A DNA stretch of 64,000 nucleotides, from positions 23,686,001 through 23,750,000 of the forward strand of contig CM052817.1 of assembly GCA_028534125.1 (NCBI GenBank), in the 5' to 3' direction. The notes under the pieces are model-generated. The model saw nothing but the letters and a program-made list of their open reading frames with translations, ran no database searches and was not told the DNA's origin. Positions 24,608-38,406 of this stretch are shown here, one piece after another. The position numbers and the translations under genes were made by a program. Source of the DNA: Lama glama. Lineage: Eukaryota. Position 1 is the first letter of the stretch, and every line of letters begins with the position of its first letter.

Positions 24608-25544
24608 TGGTATCTATAATTTTTTATAAAATAAAAGGGAAAATCATTAAATTAGTAACAACAAGATATGCCACACTTTCAATAATACAAACAGTAAGCA
24701 ATATTTAATGCACCTACCCTATGTCTGGCCCCCAGGAAGATAGTGGAGCTGCTGTAGTGATGAAAAGATGAGCATGATTCTTGCTCTCCTGGAGATTTAA
24801 CTCTGCACTAAAACTGACATTTTTTTGTTTAAATTCAAAAGAATTAAATAACTCTAAGTTCCATTGCTAGAAACAGGACAGCACAAATTATCATGGGAGT
24901 GAACAATTAGGGAATACATTTTAATCCTCTTTCACTTTCTTTAAGTTTCTGCCAAATTGTCACTTTATCACAGGTTTGTAAGTATCAGCTCCCAGTGCCA
25001 TTCCTTCATTGGGCTTCACTATACTATAAGTCAACAGTTTTATAAAATATCCTTATTTTCTTCCAGTAAAGCTGTCTCTTTTACATAAACTAATTTGAGT
25101 GAGTTTGTTTTGGGTACCAAATGCTCCCTGAGTAAATGAGGAAGATAAACTTTGCAAATGCATATAAACATTGCATTTGATTCAAATAATAACCTTCATT
25201 TTTATATAGCATGTATTTCTTTATTCAACATATGAATTTATTTTTATTTTAAAATGAGATTCTGGAGTGCCATTTCAGGCTTGAGCAACTCCAACAAAAA
25301 GAATCCAAAATGGCATTCCAGCACATTTCCTTACAAAAATACAGTTGTTTAGCACATTGTGATTTCTGAAGCTCTTTCGCATACTCTAAAACAAAACGGA
25401 AAATGATACACTGTAGAAAATAGAACTTCCCTAAGTATTTGTACTCAAGAGCATAAACACAGTCACAACTCATACTTTTTCCAATTAATTGCTCAGGTGC
25501 TCACTTGGTGAATCACAGAAGTCCAAAACTTTCCAGCTGTATTA

Positions 25545-25690
25545 CAAAAGCCTAAAATTTCATGCAAAATGAGAATGATAGTAATAGTTCCTACCTCCAG
25601 TGGTTGTTACTGGGGTTAAATGAGTTAATATTTAAGAATAAAGAACAGTGCCAGGCATACTAAAATTTAGAAAAATTAGTAAATACTATT
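25545..25690 (+). mobile_element. MIR SINE
   Basis: gcaaaatgagaatgatagtaatagttcctacctccagtggttgttactggggttaaatgagttaata...agaacagtgccaggcata. Confidence 0.8.
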
Positions 25691-26019
25691 AATAAGGATA
25701 AAACTAAAGTCAGAACATCAGTAGTTTGTTTTTCTTTCTAACCCAGTTTTCTTTCCATTAGTGTGTGCCTGCCGGAACAGCTTGATTTGCAGTTAGAAAT
25801 GGGAAAGTTTTAGACCACAGAGGATTTAACTCTTTTGATGGATTTAACTCTTCCAACTAATTATATTTTAATTAAAACCTGATTAGGTTGCTCTGACTGT
25901 TTCCTTCTATTTCCCCATCACCTCTTTGACTTTCTGGTGATGTATCTCTTATCTATCATCTTGTGCCCCCTCCTCACTTGTTCTCTATCACTTAATTTAT
26001 CTGACCTTCATCAGATTAC

Positions 26020-26150
26020 TTCATGTCTCTGAAACTCAGTTCCCATCTATAAAATGGGGATTAAGAAATCTTCTTCTCGGATTTTCTGTGACATTCAGTG
26101 ATGCAACACAGGAAAGTAGATATTAATTAGAGAGTTAGCTTCAATAAACA
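26020..26150 (+). mobile_element. MIR SINE fragment
   Basis: tctctgaaactcagttcccatctataaaatggggatt. Confidence 0.65.
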
Positions 26151-26644
26151 TTTATGGGAGGGGTGAAATTTCAGATATTACAGTAGACTAAAAAAGAAGT
26201 ATAGGAAAAAAATGTGAAAGGCTGAAATTTTTCCAGCTTAAAGAATTGTATTTCTTGTTTATTAAGTATACCTTTAAAACATTTATTGTAGACATTTATA
26301 TTTTTAATATCTGAAAATGTTAACAAAACAATTAAATACATGGTGATTTTGACAATGTATTCTAAATTAGCCAGTTAGCTATTAACACTTCCCTATACTA
26401 TAAGTTAGATATTTTATGTATTTCAGTGGAAACTATGAGCAGTTCAGAAGAGATTACCATTAGTAACCAGAGTACAAACTTGTTTCACTATTCCAAATAT
26501 TTTTCCTTAACTTTTTTTCTATAAATATAATCATATAAATTTAAACACTATTTCTTATCAAATATGAATTATTTCCTGAATGGAAATAAGTATATAATGT
26601 CAAGTTTTCAACTGGTCAACATCAATTTATGTAGAAATTCTACA

Positions 26645-29600
26645 GTGGAAAAGTGTAATAATTAAAATAAAAAATTTACTAGAGGGACTAAACAGTATAG
26701 TTGAGCTGTCAGAAGAAAGAATCAGCAGCATTAAAAATAGGATCAGCAAACTTGAAGCTCGAGATGATGCAATTTGAAGAACAGTGAGTAAACACAACAA
26801 TGAAAAATGAACAGTGCCTCAAAGAAATGTAGCACACGATAAAGCGCACCATCATAAATATAATGGAATTATCAGAAGGAGAGGAGAGAAAGGAGAAGAA
26901 AAAATTTGTAAAGAAATAATGACTGAATACTTTCCCCAGCTGAATACACTAATATCCAAGAAGCCCAATGAACTATAAGTAGGATAAACTCTAACAGACC
27001 AACATCCAGACATTTCATAGCCAAAATGTTGAAAGCCAAAGAGAAGGTCTTAGAAGCAGTTAAAAAAAAAAAAAAGTTGTTTCATCAATTATAAGAGACT
27101 CCCCCCTTAATAAGATAGACAGCTGATTTTTCTTTAGAACCAATGGAGTATAGAAGCCAATGAGAGGACATATTCTAAGTGCTGAAAGTAAAATCTTGTT
27201 AACTAAGAAATATACATATAGCCAAACTATCTTGTAAAAATGAAAGTGAAATAAAATAATTCCTAGGCAAGCCAAAGCTGAAAGAATATGTTGCTAGCAG
27301 ACCTGCCTTCCAAGAAATACTAAAGGGAATTCTCCCAACTGAAAGCAAATAGCACCAGGCAGAAATTAAAATCCACATTTTAAAAAGTGTGCCTATAAAG
27401 GTAATTATGCAGGTAATTATAAAAGATACTATAATTACCTGTTTTCCTATCCTTCTCTTAATTGTTTTTAAAACTAATTGCGTAAAACTATATAAATGTA
27501 ATTGTGTAGACTTAAAATACAAAAATGAAATGTATTTGACTAAATGCAGAGAGAGGTGGGCAGAAACAAGCCTGTAAAGAGTAAGAAAATGAAATGAGAC
27601 AGTAATAATAATCCACAGGAGGGAATGAAGATAATAACCAGAAATGGTAAATAAAAATGTCAATTTAATAAATTCTGTAAGTACATGCTTGTTCTCCTTT
27701 CTTCTCTTAGTTTCTTTATAAGACACAGGATTATATTAAGCAATAATAACAATTTTTTGTTGGGCTTTAAAGGTTACACACTCTGCATAACAACAATGGC
27801 ACCAAAAAAGAGGGAAAGGAAATAGAGGTAGATGAGAGAGAGTTTCTGTCAATAAAATAATTTTAAATCTGAAATAGATTTCGATAAATTGATATGTATA
27901 TTTTAAGCCCTAGAACAGCCACAAAAATGGTTCAAAAATATAATAAAATTTATTAGAAAAATTAAAATACTATTTTAGAAAACATCCACCAAAGAATAAA
28001 GAACACAGCTACAGGAGTGCCAAAACAAAAATGATAGGAGATACACAGAATATAAAAAAATGGCAAATGTAAATCCAACCATATCAATAATAACATTAAA
28101 AATGAATGAGTTAAACAATCCAATCAAAAGCCATAGATGATCAGGTCTGATAAATAAACAATCTCCACCCATATGCTGTTAACAGGAGACTCACTTTAGA
28201 GTCAAAGAAATAAAAAGTCTGAAAGTAGAAGGATAGGAGAACATACAACAGGCAAATAGCAACCATGCCAGAATGGATGGCTATACAGAAAACTAGGCTT
28301 TAAGACAAAAATGCTGTGAAGAGAAAAAGAGTGGCATTCCATAATGAACAGAGGGTCCATTCGTCAGGAATATACAATAATCATAAACATGTATGCACTT
28401 AAATGGGCACCAGAGCACCGAAATACATGAAGCAAAAACTGACAGAATTGAAGGAAGAATAATTCAAAATAGTTAAAGATTTCAACACTCCACTTGCAAT
28501 AGATAAAGAAGTTATGCAGAAGATTAACAAGAAAATAGAAGACCTGTATAATATTGCAAACTACCTATACATAGCCAATATCTATACAATACTTCACCCA
28601 AAAACAGCAAAATGAAGTTTCTTTTCCACTGTCCATGGAACAGTCTCAGGATAGACAATACTTTAGGACATAAAATAAGCCTCAATAATGAAGCTTATTG
28701 TATTGAAATCATGCAATGTATGTTCTCCAACCACAGCTGCATTAAATTATAAATCAATACCAAAAGGAAGTTTTGAAATGCACAAATATTTGGAAATTAA
28801 GCAACACACTACCCCTAAATAATAGATCAAAGAAGAAATCACAAGTGAAATTAGGAAATACCTTGAGATGAATGAAAATGAAAACACAACATATAAAGTT
28901 TTATGGACTGTAACTACACAGGGAGATATTTGTAGCTGCAAATGCCTACATTAAAAAAGAAGAATGAACTCAATTCACTAACCTGACTTTCTACCTTAAG
29001 AAACTAGGAAAAGAAGAGTAAGTTAAATCCAAAGAAAGTAGAAGAAAGGAAATAAAGATTAGAGGGGAAATACATAAAATAAAGGAGTGAAAATAAATAG
29101 AAAAAAGTCAAAGACAAAGTTTGTTCTTCGAAAAATCAACAGAATGACAAACATTTAACTGCACTGGCCGTAAAAAAAGAGAGAGATGACTCAAATTATT
29201 AAAATCAAGAATAATATAGGTAACATAACTACTGAACTTAAAGGAATAAAAAGGGAATACTATAAAAAAAAGTATGCCAATAAATTAGATAACCTAGATA
29301 AAATGAAAAAACTCTTGTAAATACTCAAACTACCAAAACTGAGTGAAGAAGAAACAGAAAAAGAATAGACTATAACAAGGAAAGATTGATTAGTAATTAA
29401 AAACTTGCCACACATTGTTAAGATGACAATACTCTACAAATTAATTTACAGACTCAACACAATCCCTATCAAATTAGCAATTACCTTTTTCCCAGAAACT
29501 GACAAGGTGATACTAAAATTCATATAGAGATGTAGAAAACCTATAATAGCAAAAAAACAAAGAAAACCTTGAAAAAGAAAAATCAAGTTGAAGAACTAAC

Positions 29601-31172
29601 ACTTCATAATTTTAAAACTGGCCTCACAACTACAGTGATTAATACAGCACGGTACTTATATAAGAATTAAAACATAGATCAATAGAATAGAGCTGAGAGT
29701 CTAGAAATAAACCCATACATTAATGGCGCCAAGACAATTCAATGGGAAAAGATGTGTTTTCAACAAATGTTGCCGAGAGAAGTGTATATCCACATGAAAT
29801 AAAGTTGACTTCTATCTGACACAATAAAAAACACTAAACTATTAACTCCAAATGAATCATAAAACTAATGGTAAGAGCTAAAACTAGTGAACTCTTAGAT
29901 AAAAACACACTAATGATTTTTCATGATGCTGGATTAGGCCATGGTGTCTTATATATGACATCAAATCACAAGAAATAAAAAATAAGTAAATCTGACTGCA
30001 TCAAAACTAAAAAATATTGTGCTGCAAATGATACCATCAGTAAAGTGAAAAGACAACCTACAGAACGAGAGAAAACATTTATAAATCATGTATGTATTAA
30101 AGGACTTGTATGCAAACTGTACAAAGAACTATAATGAATTAAAAATAAAAAGACAACCCAAATAGAAAATGAGCAAAATGTCTGAATAAAGATTTCTCCG
30201 AAGAAGATATGCAAGTGACCAATAAACAAATTAAGGAAATGCAGATCAAAACTGCAGTGACAGCTGGCAGCTGGCAGTACACAGTGCAGCCTCAGAGACC
30301 ACGTGGTCCACTTCCCTTGATTGTCAATGAGGAAACAGACTAACTTGGCCAGAGTGACTGGGTGTGCTTCAGATGCTCATATTTTCTGCCGCAGCCTCCC
30401 TCCTATGCAATCCCAACTGGAAGTTTAGGAATGAGGAGATTCAGATAAACTTAAAAAAAAAAAAAAACACAATGAGATACCATTTCACACCCACTAGAGT
30501 GGCCATAAGCAAAAAGACACACAATAACAAGTGTTGGTGAGTATGTGAATAACTGGAACCTTTATACATTTCTTATGGGAATGCAAAATTGTGCAGACAC
30601 TTTGGAAAACAGTTTGGCAGTTCCTATAAAGCCCAAACATAGAGTTATTATATGATCAAACAATTCTAATTTTAGGTACATACACAAGAGAAATAAAAAC
30701 ACTTTCATGCAAAAACCTGTACACAAATGTTCAGAACAGCATTATTTTCAACACCAAAAAGTCAAATGTCCATGAACTGATGAATGGGTAAAAAAATATC
30801 ACCTGCAATAAAAGGAATGATGTATTTATATATGCTACAATGTTGATGAAACTTGGAAACACTCTGCTAAATGAAGCAAGCCAGTCACATACTGTATGTT
30901 TGCAATTATATTAAACGTCCATAACAGGAATATCTGTAGGGACAGGTGGTGGATTAGTGCTTGCTTATGACCGGGGAGGAAGGGAGAGAAGGAGAGTCAC
31001 AATAGAGAGTGATAGCTGATGAGTATGAGATCTCTTCTTCGAGTGATGAAAATGTTTTAAACTTAGATTGTGTTGATGATCGCACAATTCTGAATATACT
31101 AAAATCCAGTAAATTGTACACTTTGGTGATTTTTATAGCATGTACATTTTATCTCAATAAAGATGTTCTAAA
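26645..31172 (+). mobile_element. L1MB-type LINE-1 (L1MB7/8-like 3' end): partial ORF1, spacer, decayed ORF2 with RT core deleted, 3' UTR
   Basis: ORF1-like gaagaaagaatcagc...ccaagaagcccaatgaac; ORF2 start-like atggcaaatgtaaatccaaccatatcaataataacattaa at 28060; 3' end gagtgatgaaaatgttttaaacttagattgtgttgatgatcgcacaattctg...tatctcaataaag; many stops and frameshifts. Confidence 0.93.
30261..30467 (+). other. poly(A)-tailed non-L1 insert (retroposed fragment) within the L1MB
   Basis: Interrupts the L1 motif caaaaccacaatgagatacc; ends in A15; flanked by aaaactgcagtga and aaaacacaatga (degenerate TSD). Confidence 0.7.
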
Positions 31173-32674
31173 CGTGTAATAAAATGTAATATGAGGAGAA
31201 ATAAAGCCTTAGGGTAAACAAGCCTTTTTATTTTCATATGTGAACTCTTCTTACACAAATGATAAAAAAATCAGAAACAAAAACATACGTATTTTTGGCA
31301 AAGACAATAATTTATAGGTCTGACTCCCTGAAAGGAATGTTGGTGTGCTAGCCAAAGTGAAGTCCATTTTTGTAAAAATCTCTATAGATTCTTTCAGGCT
31401 AACAGCAACTTTGAGAGGTCAATCTCATGAAAGGGGAAATATTCTGAAGAGATTGGATTTTAGAGCATAAAACTGAATCCAGAGAGTCCTAAACCTTTTT
31501 GAAGCATTTGAATCTGTGGAGACTTACCCCAAAGCATGGCAGCCTTCTCATTACATTATGTGCAGGTATTAGAAACGGTATATTTTTATAACCAAAAAAA
31601 AAAAAGCCTTGCAAAATTCAAGGTGATTTTTTTTCTTTCACCATGTGATGAAACACTTTAGCTGCAGGTTATAATTATTTCTATGATGTTTCAATGCCTA
31701 ATTATCTGTATAGTATACTATTAGTACACATAGTTAGAAATAGCCTTGTTAAAGCAGTATTTTTTAGGGAGCTTTCAAATCTGTATATCTATCTACATAC
31801 ATGCATTACTTTGAGGAGAGACCATAGTTCAGCAGAAGAGGACACTCCAACAGTTAAGAACTGCTGCTTTATAATATCAGTGTAATCCTACATTTTTCCT
31901 GCAATTTTCAACTTGAACCCATCACAAGTCACTTGAAAATTCTGACTCCTATTTTCCTCAGTCAAAACAAAACAAAATACCCAGAGATTTGAATTATATA
32001 AAATTAAGAACGAACCTCCAACAGTTTGTGTTCTTAATTTTTCTCTTATCTAGACAGCAAACCACTCCTTTTCACTGAAGGGAAGGAGAAGGAAGGTATA
32101 AAGGTGGCTGTGCGTTAAGCAATGAAGGGCAAAGAGGACAGCAGCCAAGGGACTGGGAACTAAGAGTGAGGAGAATGATGGAATCCATATGAGGAATTTG
32201 GAGTTGAGATAAAAGTAAAGCATTCCCTATATACTAGAGTGTCCTAGGAAGTATTTGCCCTATTCTGCATGAATATATAATGAATTGCTCCAGACGGCTG
32301 GATAACTTGGAAACATTTTGGCAGATTTCACATCAGCTATTAACATCACTATGTCTATGAAGTGGGAATTAGGTGGAACAGGGTGAGAATGGGGTAATAT
32401 TTTTCCAAATGTGTGTATTTTTGTTTGTTTTAATTTTTTACAACAAGCTTTATTGACTTTAATTCATCTCCTCTCTCAAGTGTTCCCAGATTCTTCTACC
32501 ACAGGCAGAATCACCCACTTTCTTCTCTGTGATTTTCTCAATGGCAGGGACCATGACCAGGAAGCACTGAACACATGTCAGTCTTAATACACGTTTGTTG
32601 AATGGCCATTTAGATTGAATACCATTATTTCACAGATGGAATAGATGAAGAACAAGAAATTAAATGGTTGATAC

Positions 32675-32865
32675 CAGATGAGTTGCTCAAACTGTGGTCC
32701 CTGGACCAGCATCATCAGCATATCCTGAGAACTTATTTGATAGGCAATTCTTGAGCCTTATCCCCAGTCCTAGAGATTCAGAAACTCTGGAGGTGGGCCC
32801 CAGAGATCCATGTAGTAACAAGCCCTTCTGGTGATTCTGATGCACACTCAATGTGAGAGCCACTG
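32675..32865 (+). mobile_element. MER5A hAT-Charlie MITE nested in a minus-strand MIR (about 32620-32910)
   Basis: ctcaaactgtggtccctggaccagcatcatcagcat...tcagaaactctggaggtgggcccc...ggtgattctgatgcacactcaatgtgagagccactg; MIR sequence resumes with aaggtaacatggctagt. Confidence 0.9.
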
Positions 32866-33747
32866 CTCAAAGGTAACATGGCTAGTATGAAACAGGAAAA
32901 ATAGAGCCTTAAATGATCTAAATAAGCTTATATTGAATTATCATATATATAAAAAATACATTCAGTGCTAGATTGAATCTTTCTAACTTATTTTTCACTG
33001 CGGAACAAAAGATATCCTCTTTCATATTTGTCTTGTTTAATGTTACCTCTCTAGATACATAAACTCTTTCTTTGTTATAATGCTAAAATATAAAATGAAA
33101 TGGCCAACTTGGAAATCCTGAGTTTGCTTGTTGACAAATAAGACATCTCATTTCCATAAGCAAATCACTTTAAACTATACATTTATAATCTGACTGAATC
33201 CAATTACATTTAATTATATTCATTCCATGGAAACTATTATTTTATTTTCTGTGCTTTAAGTATTGGGGGCTACAACTGAAACTTCTGAATAATGGGGAGA
33301 GAGACCTTTTCTATAATGATGATGCCAACTGTAGAGAGACTGTTGAGTCATAGTTTTTGTGGAGTCCTATCAAACACAGTTGCGTCAATATTTGCACCAT
33401 GAAATGCTCACTTATATGGTTTTAAAAGTTTTCCTCAAGGGAGAAGTCACTCTATTAAGGAAAACAATGTAAAGAAGTATGAGTAGGAAAGAAGTCATGG
33501 GTGACAGTGAGATATGGGGAAAGTATATGAGAAATCATATCACCGTGGTTGCTCTGACCATAATCAGTTTTAAGAGAAGCATCTGAGTCCCCATCAGCTA
33601 TCTCCCTGAAACAAAGGAAACTTCATGCTCAGACATTCAGCTTTAGAATATAATAGTATATGACTGGGTCTCAGCCATGTTACCCCACTTTTTATTCCTT
33701 GACTCACATTGTTTAAGGATTTACTAACTTCTTGTATTATTTAATAT

Positions 33748-34004
33748 AACAGACTTGTGGTTACCAGGGGGGTAGAGGGTGGGAAGGGATAGACTGGGAT
33801 TTCAAAATTGTAGAATAGATAAACAAGATTACACTGTACAGCACAGGGAAATATACACAAAATGTTATGGTAAATCACAGGGAAAAAAATGTGACAATGA
33901 GTGTGTATATGTCCATGAATGACTGAAAAATTGTGCTGAACACTGGAATTTGACACAACATTGTAAAATGATTATAAATCAATAAAAAATGTTAAAAAAA
34001 AAAA
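33748..34004 (+). mobile_element. young camelid-type L1 3' end (5'-truncated)
   Basis: cagacttgtggttaccagggg...gtgtgtatatgtccatgaatgactgaaaaattgtgctgaacactggaatttgacacaacattgtaaaatgattataaatcaataaaaaatgtt plus poly(A). Confidence 0.88.
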
Positions 34005-35209
34005 GAATTGGATTCAACATAAGCACATAAGAAACACCAGCAGAAAGGAAAGGAGCTTGGCATTAAAATATTCCCAGTTCTAAGGTTTTCCACATCTAAA
34101 ACAAAATGAGATTTGACTAAACATTCACTTGCAGTGGACACTGCACAGTTTCCAACGTGTGAACTCTTGACGTTCACTAAGGGAGGCTGCAGGCTTTAAG
34201 GGTAGTGCATCCCTTTGCTTCTCTGTACTTGTCATTCTACCTGAATCATACTTCCATCTTTATTAAAGTAAATTTCATGTTCCTTCAAACTTTCCCTTTA
34301 GCAAGACTAAATGATTACTGAAAAATGGATAATTCTTTACTTCACAAATGAAGAAAATAAGCTACATAAATATAATCATGCAATTAGCATCGAAACATTG
34401 ATTTCAGATCCAAAAATAAAAATTAGTTTTTCTCTTTTTTGTTGTTGGTTAGATTTTTGTTGTTGTTTTGTTTTTACTTTTCTCCTCATTCTAACTCTAT
34501 TTCCAGTGAATAAGTTTGCTTCTTGCCTCCTGATTGAAAACTAAAATTTCCTATTTGGCTAAACTATAATAATATTTAACTTAATATTGTCCTTTTACCT
34601 TGATTTTTAACTTTAGGAAGTATGTGCCTGAGTATACATTTTAGTTTATACCAATGATTTTAAATTTTCCAGAACATTATTGTCACATTCATTGTCATAA
34701 GAGTATACAGAAAACATGTTTGATGTCTATTGTGCCTTAATTTTAAGAAATAATGAGTGATCTTGTGGAAAGAGACTGACTCTGAAATCAGAAGACCTGC
34801 ATTTGATTTTTGTGGACTGAGATTTCATTTCTTCATTTGTGAAACGGAAATGATATTAACTACTGGGCAGAACTGAAATGTATGGACTTACTTCAGCCAA
34901 TAGCTACCATGTAGGAGAAACTCAAGAAAGAAAAGCAGAACCTGAAACATACAGAACATACTGAATGGACTCAAAGTTTCAATCAGGAGACAGTAAACTG
35001 TGATTCTATTCCACTACCACTTAAAGTAGTCAAACAATGTTTATGCCAGCAATATGCAAAGACTTGAATATAGTTCCATACTGAGTCATAACTGAGAGAT
35101 TTCAATAATTTCATCCATAGACTAAACTTATTAAAAAGAGATGCAGTGAGGTTCTAACTGCAAACCTTATACTGTTAAGACAGCTATCTCTTTGATAATT
35201 TGGAGATTA

Positions 35210-35700
35210 TATTTATTCATTAAACAGATATTTTGTGAGCACAAACAATATACTGAGCCATGGGTGATGTAGACAAGGGCCCTGCTATTAGAAGACCTGT
35301 GTTACAACAGCAGGAGACGAGCACAAACGAGTATGGATGCATCAGGTAGTTCACACGTGCATTTCGAAAAACACCAGCTAAGGAAGGAATTGCTGGAGAG
35401 GTAACACTTTACAGCCAGGTAAAGAATCTCAAGGCAGATATTCCAACAGGGCAACAGCTAGTGCAAAGCAAAAGACAGGAATTCAGCACACCAGAGGAAT
35501 GGAAGGAGGCCCAGTGTGACCCCAAGAGGACGAAGTAGGGGTCAGGGAGAGGCTTCACAATGACGACCCAGTGGAAGGCCAATGGAAGGACGTGGCAGGG
35601 TAGAAAACCTTGTAAGGAACTCGGGCTCTATCCAAGGTACAGTAGGGTACCACTTCAGGCTACTCATCAAAAATGAGGTGACCTAACTGCAATCAATTGT
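35210..35700 (-). mobile_element. L2 LINE fragment
   Basis: atttattcattaaacagatattttgtgagcac...gcagatattccaacagggcaacagctagtgcaaag...ggaaggaggcccagtgtg. Confidence 0.75.
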
Positions 35701-37789
35701 ATCGATTTTGACAGTAAAAGGTGCTTGAATCATGCATTTTCTCCTTTCTTCCCTCTTGAAATACCACTATTGGATCAGCTATTACAAGTATCCAAAGGTC
35801 TTCCAAATTATCTCCAAGAGTTTTATTTCAGGACACCGAAGGACTAAGTTAAATAGCTCTTATGAGGACTGAGAAATATCCTAGGCATCTGAAACGGGGG
35901 CTTGCTTTCTCATGCTCGTTCATTCCAGAATACTTAATTCTAGGCAACTCAAATGTTTTTCTTGGAATGAGCTTTCACACTAAGCTGATTTTTATTGCAA
36001 CTGTTGTGCTTGGCAAAACATTAGTGAAATCCCCATATAGTATTAGAATTATACAGAATTACAGTTTTGTGATTTTGTGTTATATATGCTGAATATAATG
36101 TTATTGAGGAAAAAGAAATTTAAGATACTTGTTGGCAGATGAGCATGTACTTAAAAGGTTGTAAGCAGGTAAAATAAAAAAACACATATTTTGTTTTGTT
36201 TTGCTCACTGATATATATTTTAATCAGAAAAAAATAGAGCAAGGTAAATAACTTCAGTAAACTGAATTTTATTGTTGTTATAGAAGATTTAATAACCAAT
36301 TTTAAAAGGTGAAAACCTTCCAGAAGAATCTTATTGGACAGGCAAGATCAGACAATATTTGTTTTAGACTCATGGCTAAGCTAGTAAATAAATAAAGTGA
36401 AGGTATGGAAATCTCTTTACATTGCTGTAGTGCACAACCACCTGGCTTCTGAGAGAGAGAGAGAAAGCAGTACCATACATCTCACATAATATTCCCTCCC
36501 GGGTAAGATTAGTTGATAACACAAGAGAATTTTCCTTGGCTTTCCCTGACAGAAATTTGATTCATCTTCCAGCAAGAACAATTTTTTCTACCATATTCAG
36601 CAATAGTCGCTTCTGAAGGGCTTTCTTATCTCATTTCTTATTCATCAATCTCCAAAAGACATGTTAGAAACGGCGAAATGTAAATCTCTTTATAACTAAG
36701 TTAATCCAATTTTTTTCATTTATCTTTCGTGAGACACAGCCTCATTGTCAGCTGAGCATATGTAACAAATGCTTGTCACTTCTGAGCGCTCAAAGAGCAA
36801 GATCTGAAAGAGATCATTTCTTTTGACAAATGTACGTTAACACAAGAAACCTCCTTTTTCTCCAATGATTTACTTGTCATGTATTTTTTAATTGATATCT
36901 ACCCATAATTTATGGAGGAAGACTATCATAGCTACTTTATATAATTATAGTTCCGATAAGACATATCTTCTTCAGTTTTTTAATTTAGCATTTTGTCAAA
37001 ATGGATAAGAAGAAAAGATAACTCTTTCCTCACTGGTTTCTTCATAAAATATTCTTATTAACATGCAGAGTTTAACTTATCTTCTGTATTAACCTAAATC
37101 CTGCACCACAAAATCTAATTGAATAGATATGCCTTATAAAAGAAAAGTAATTTCTGTAACAGATTGTTTTATCCTATATATTTTTACCACTTGGCATGTA
37201 GAGATTTTTTTCCTAAGTCAACATCTGTAGAAAAATTTGCAAATGTCCAGCAACATTTTATAAGTTCTGAAGATATAAAGTTTTATGGAAAAAACCCAAA
37301 TGTCACCAATATATAGATTTTATTCTTTCATTTTGTTTCAAAACAGTTTTAAGATGTTTTGTATGGATAATTTTTAACATCTAATGAATATTAAACCTAA
37401 CATTTGATAAACAAAATGGTTGGCATCTTTCACTGTTTCTATAATAGAACCTATAAATTAGAGTTGCATCTTTCTCTAGAATATCTTAAACTTTCTCAGC
37501 TTGTCATTTAAGTAGTTCTGTTTTAATTATGTTTTCATGATTTGCATACCATGGTTTGAAGGATCTATAAAAATATAAAGAGGATTTATAATTTCCCCTA
37601 TAAATGATACAGTTTGTCACTCCTCTGAGAGGGAAATCAGGTTAATACTTCCTACATGGCTACTGGTTTCTTACAAAATAATTTTGAAACCACCCTAACA
37701 GAAAACTGGACTATTTAGAAGGAAGTTTGCAATCTCTTGACTTTAAAAACTAGTGTCTTTAATAATTATAATACTAATATATTAAATGT

Positions 37790-37960
37790 AATCATTTTCA
37801 TTATAATGAGTGTTTAGTGAGTGCTAATTGAGTGTTACTGCTGTCTTAAACACTTAAAGGACACTGACTCATGGGTTGATGGAATTATTATGCAATTTTA
37901 CAGGTAAGAAATAAAGTTAAGAAATTAGCCTAAGGTCATGTGGTTAACATAGACACACTA
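37790..37960 (-). mobile_element. MIR SINE
   Basis: attattatgcaattttacaggtaagaaataaagttaagaaattagcctaaggtcatgtgg. Confidence 0.6.
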
Positions 37961-38262
37961 TCTATCTGCATAGCTGTTTCAATATGTTGATAAAAGGACA
38001 TTTTCAATGGGCAGTTGAATCTCAATGAAATTAAGTGTCATCAATCATAAATATATTATGTTTTCTAAATGAGCAAAATAGCAGTACTGGAATATTAAAA
38101 ATAATAATTTATGTGTTCACATAAACACAGACTGATAGAAAATATTCATCACTTGATTTAATAGAAACTTTAACATTGAAAGTAATAAATAAAGATACCA
38201 TAGACTCCAATTGTAAGTTCACTTACAAGGAATCAAAACCTTGAAAAAGAATGTCTTAAATT

Positions 38263-38406
38263 TTGGGGTGGGGGAGTAAGAGGTACAAACTATTGGTGGA
38301 AGGCTGCAGGGAAGTATTGCACAACATGGGGAACAATATTTTGTAATAACTGTAAATGGAGAGTAACATTTCAAAATTGTGTAAAAGTTGTATTAAAGAG
38401 TTTTTT
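38263..38406 (+). mobile_element. short cetartiodactyl-type L1 3' end with ~18-bp TSD
   Basis: ggggagtaagaggtacaaactatt...aatattttgtaataactgtaaatgga; flanks aaaagaatgtcttaaatt (38245-38262) and aaaaggatatctaaaatt (38407-38424), 15/18 identical. Confidence 0.8.

Noticed and set aside
27199..27726. 175-aa hydrophobic ORF resembling a membrane protein
   Set aside because: Antisense to A-rich L1 ORF1 and spacer sequence; T-rich codons mimic hydrophobicity.
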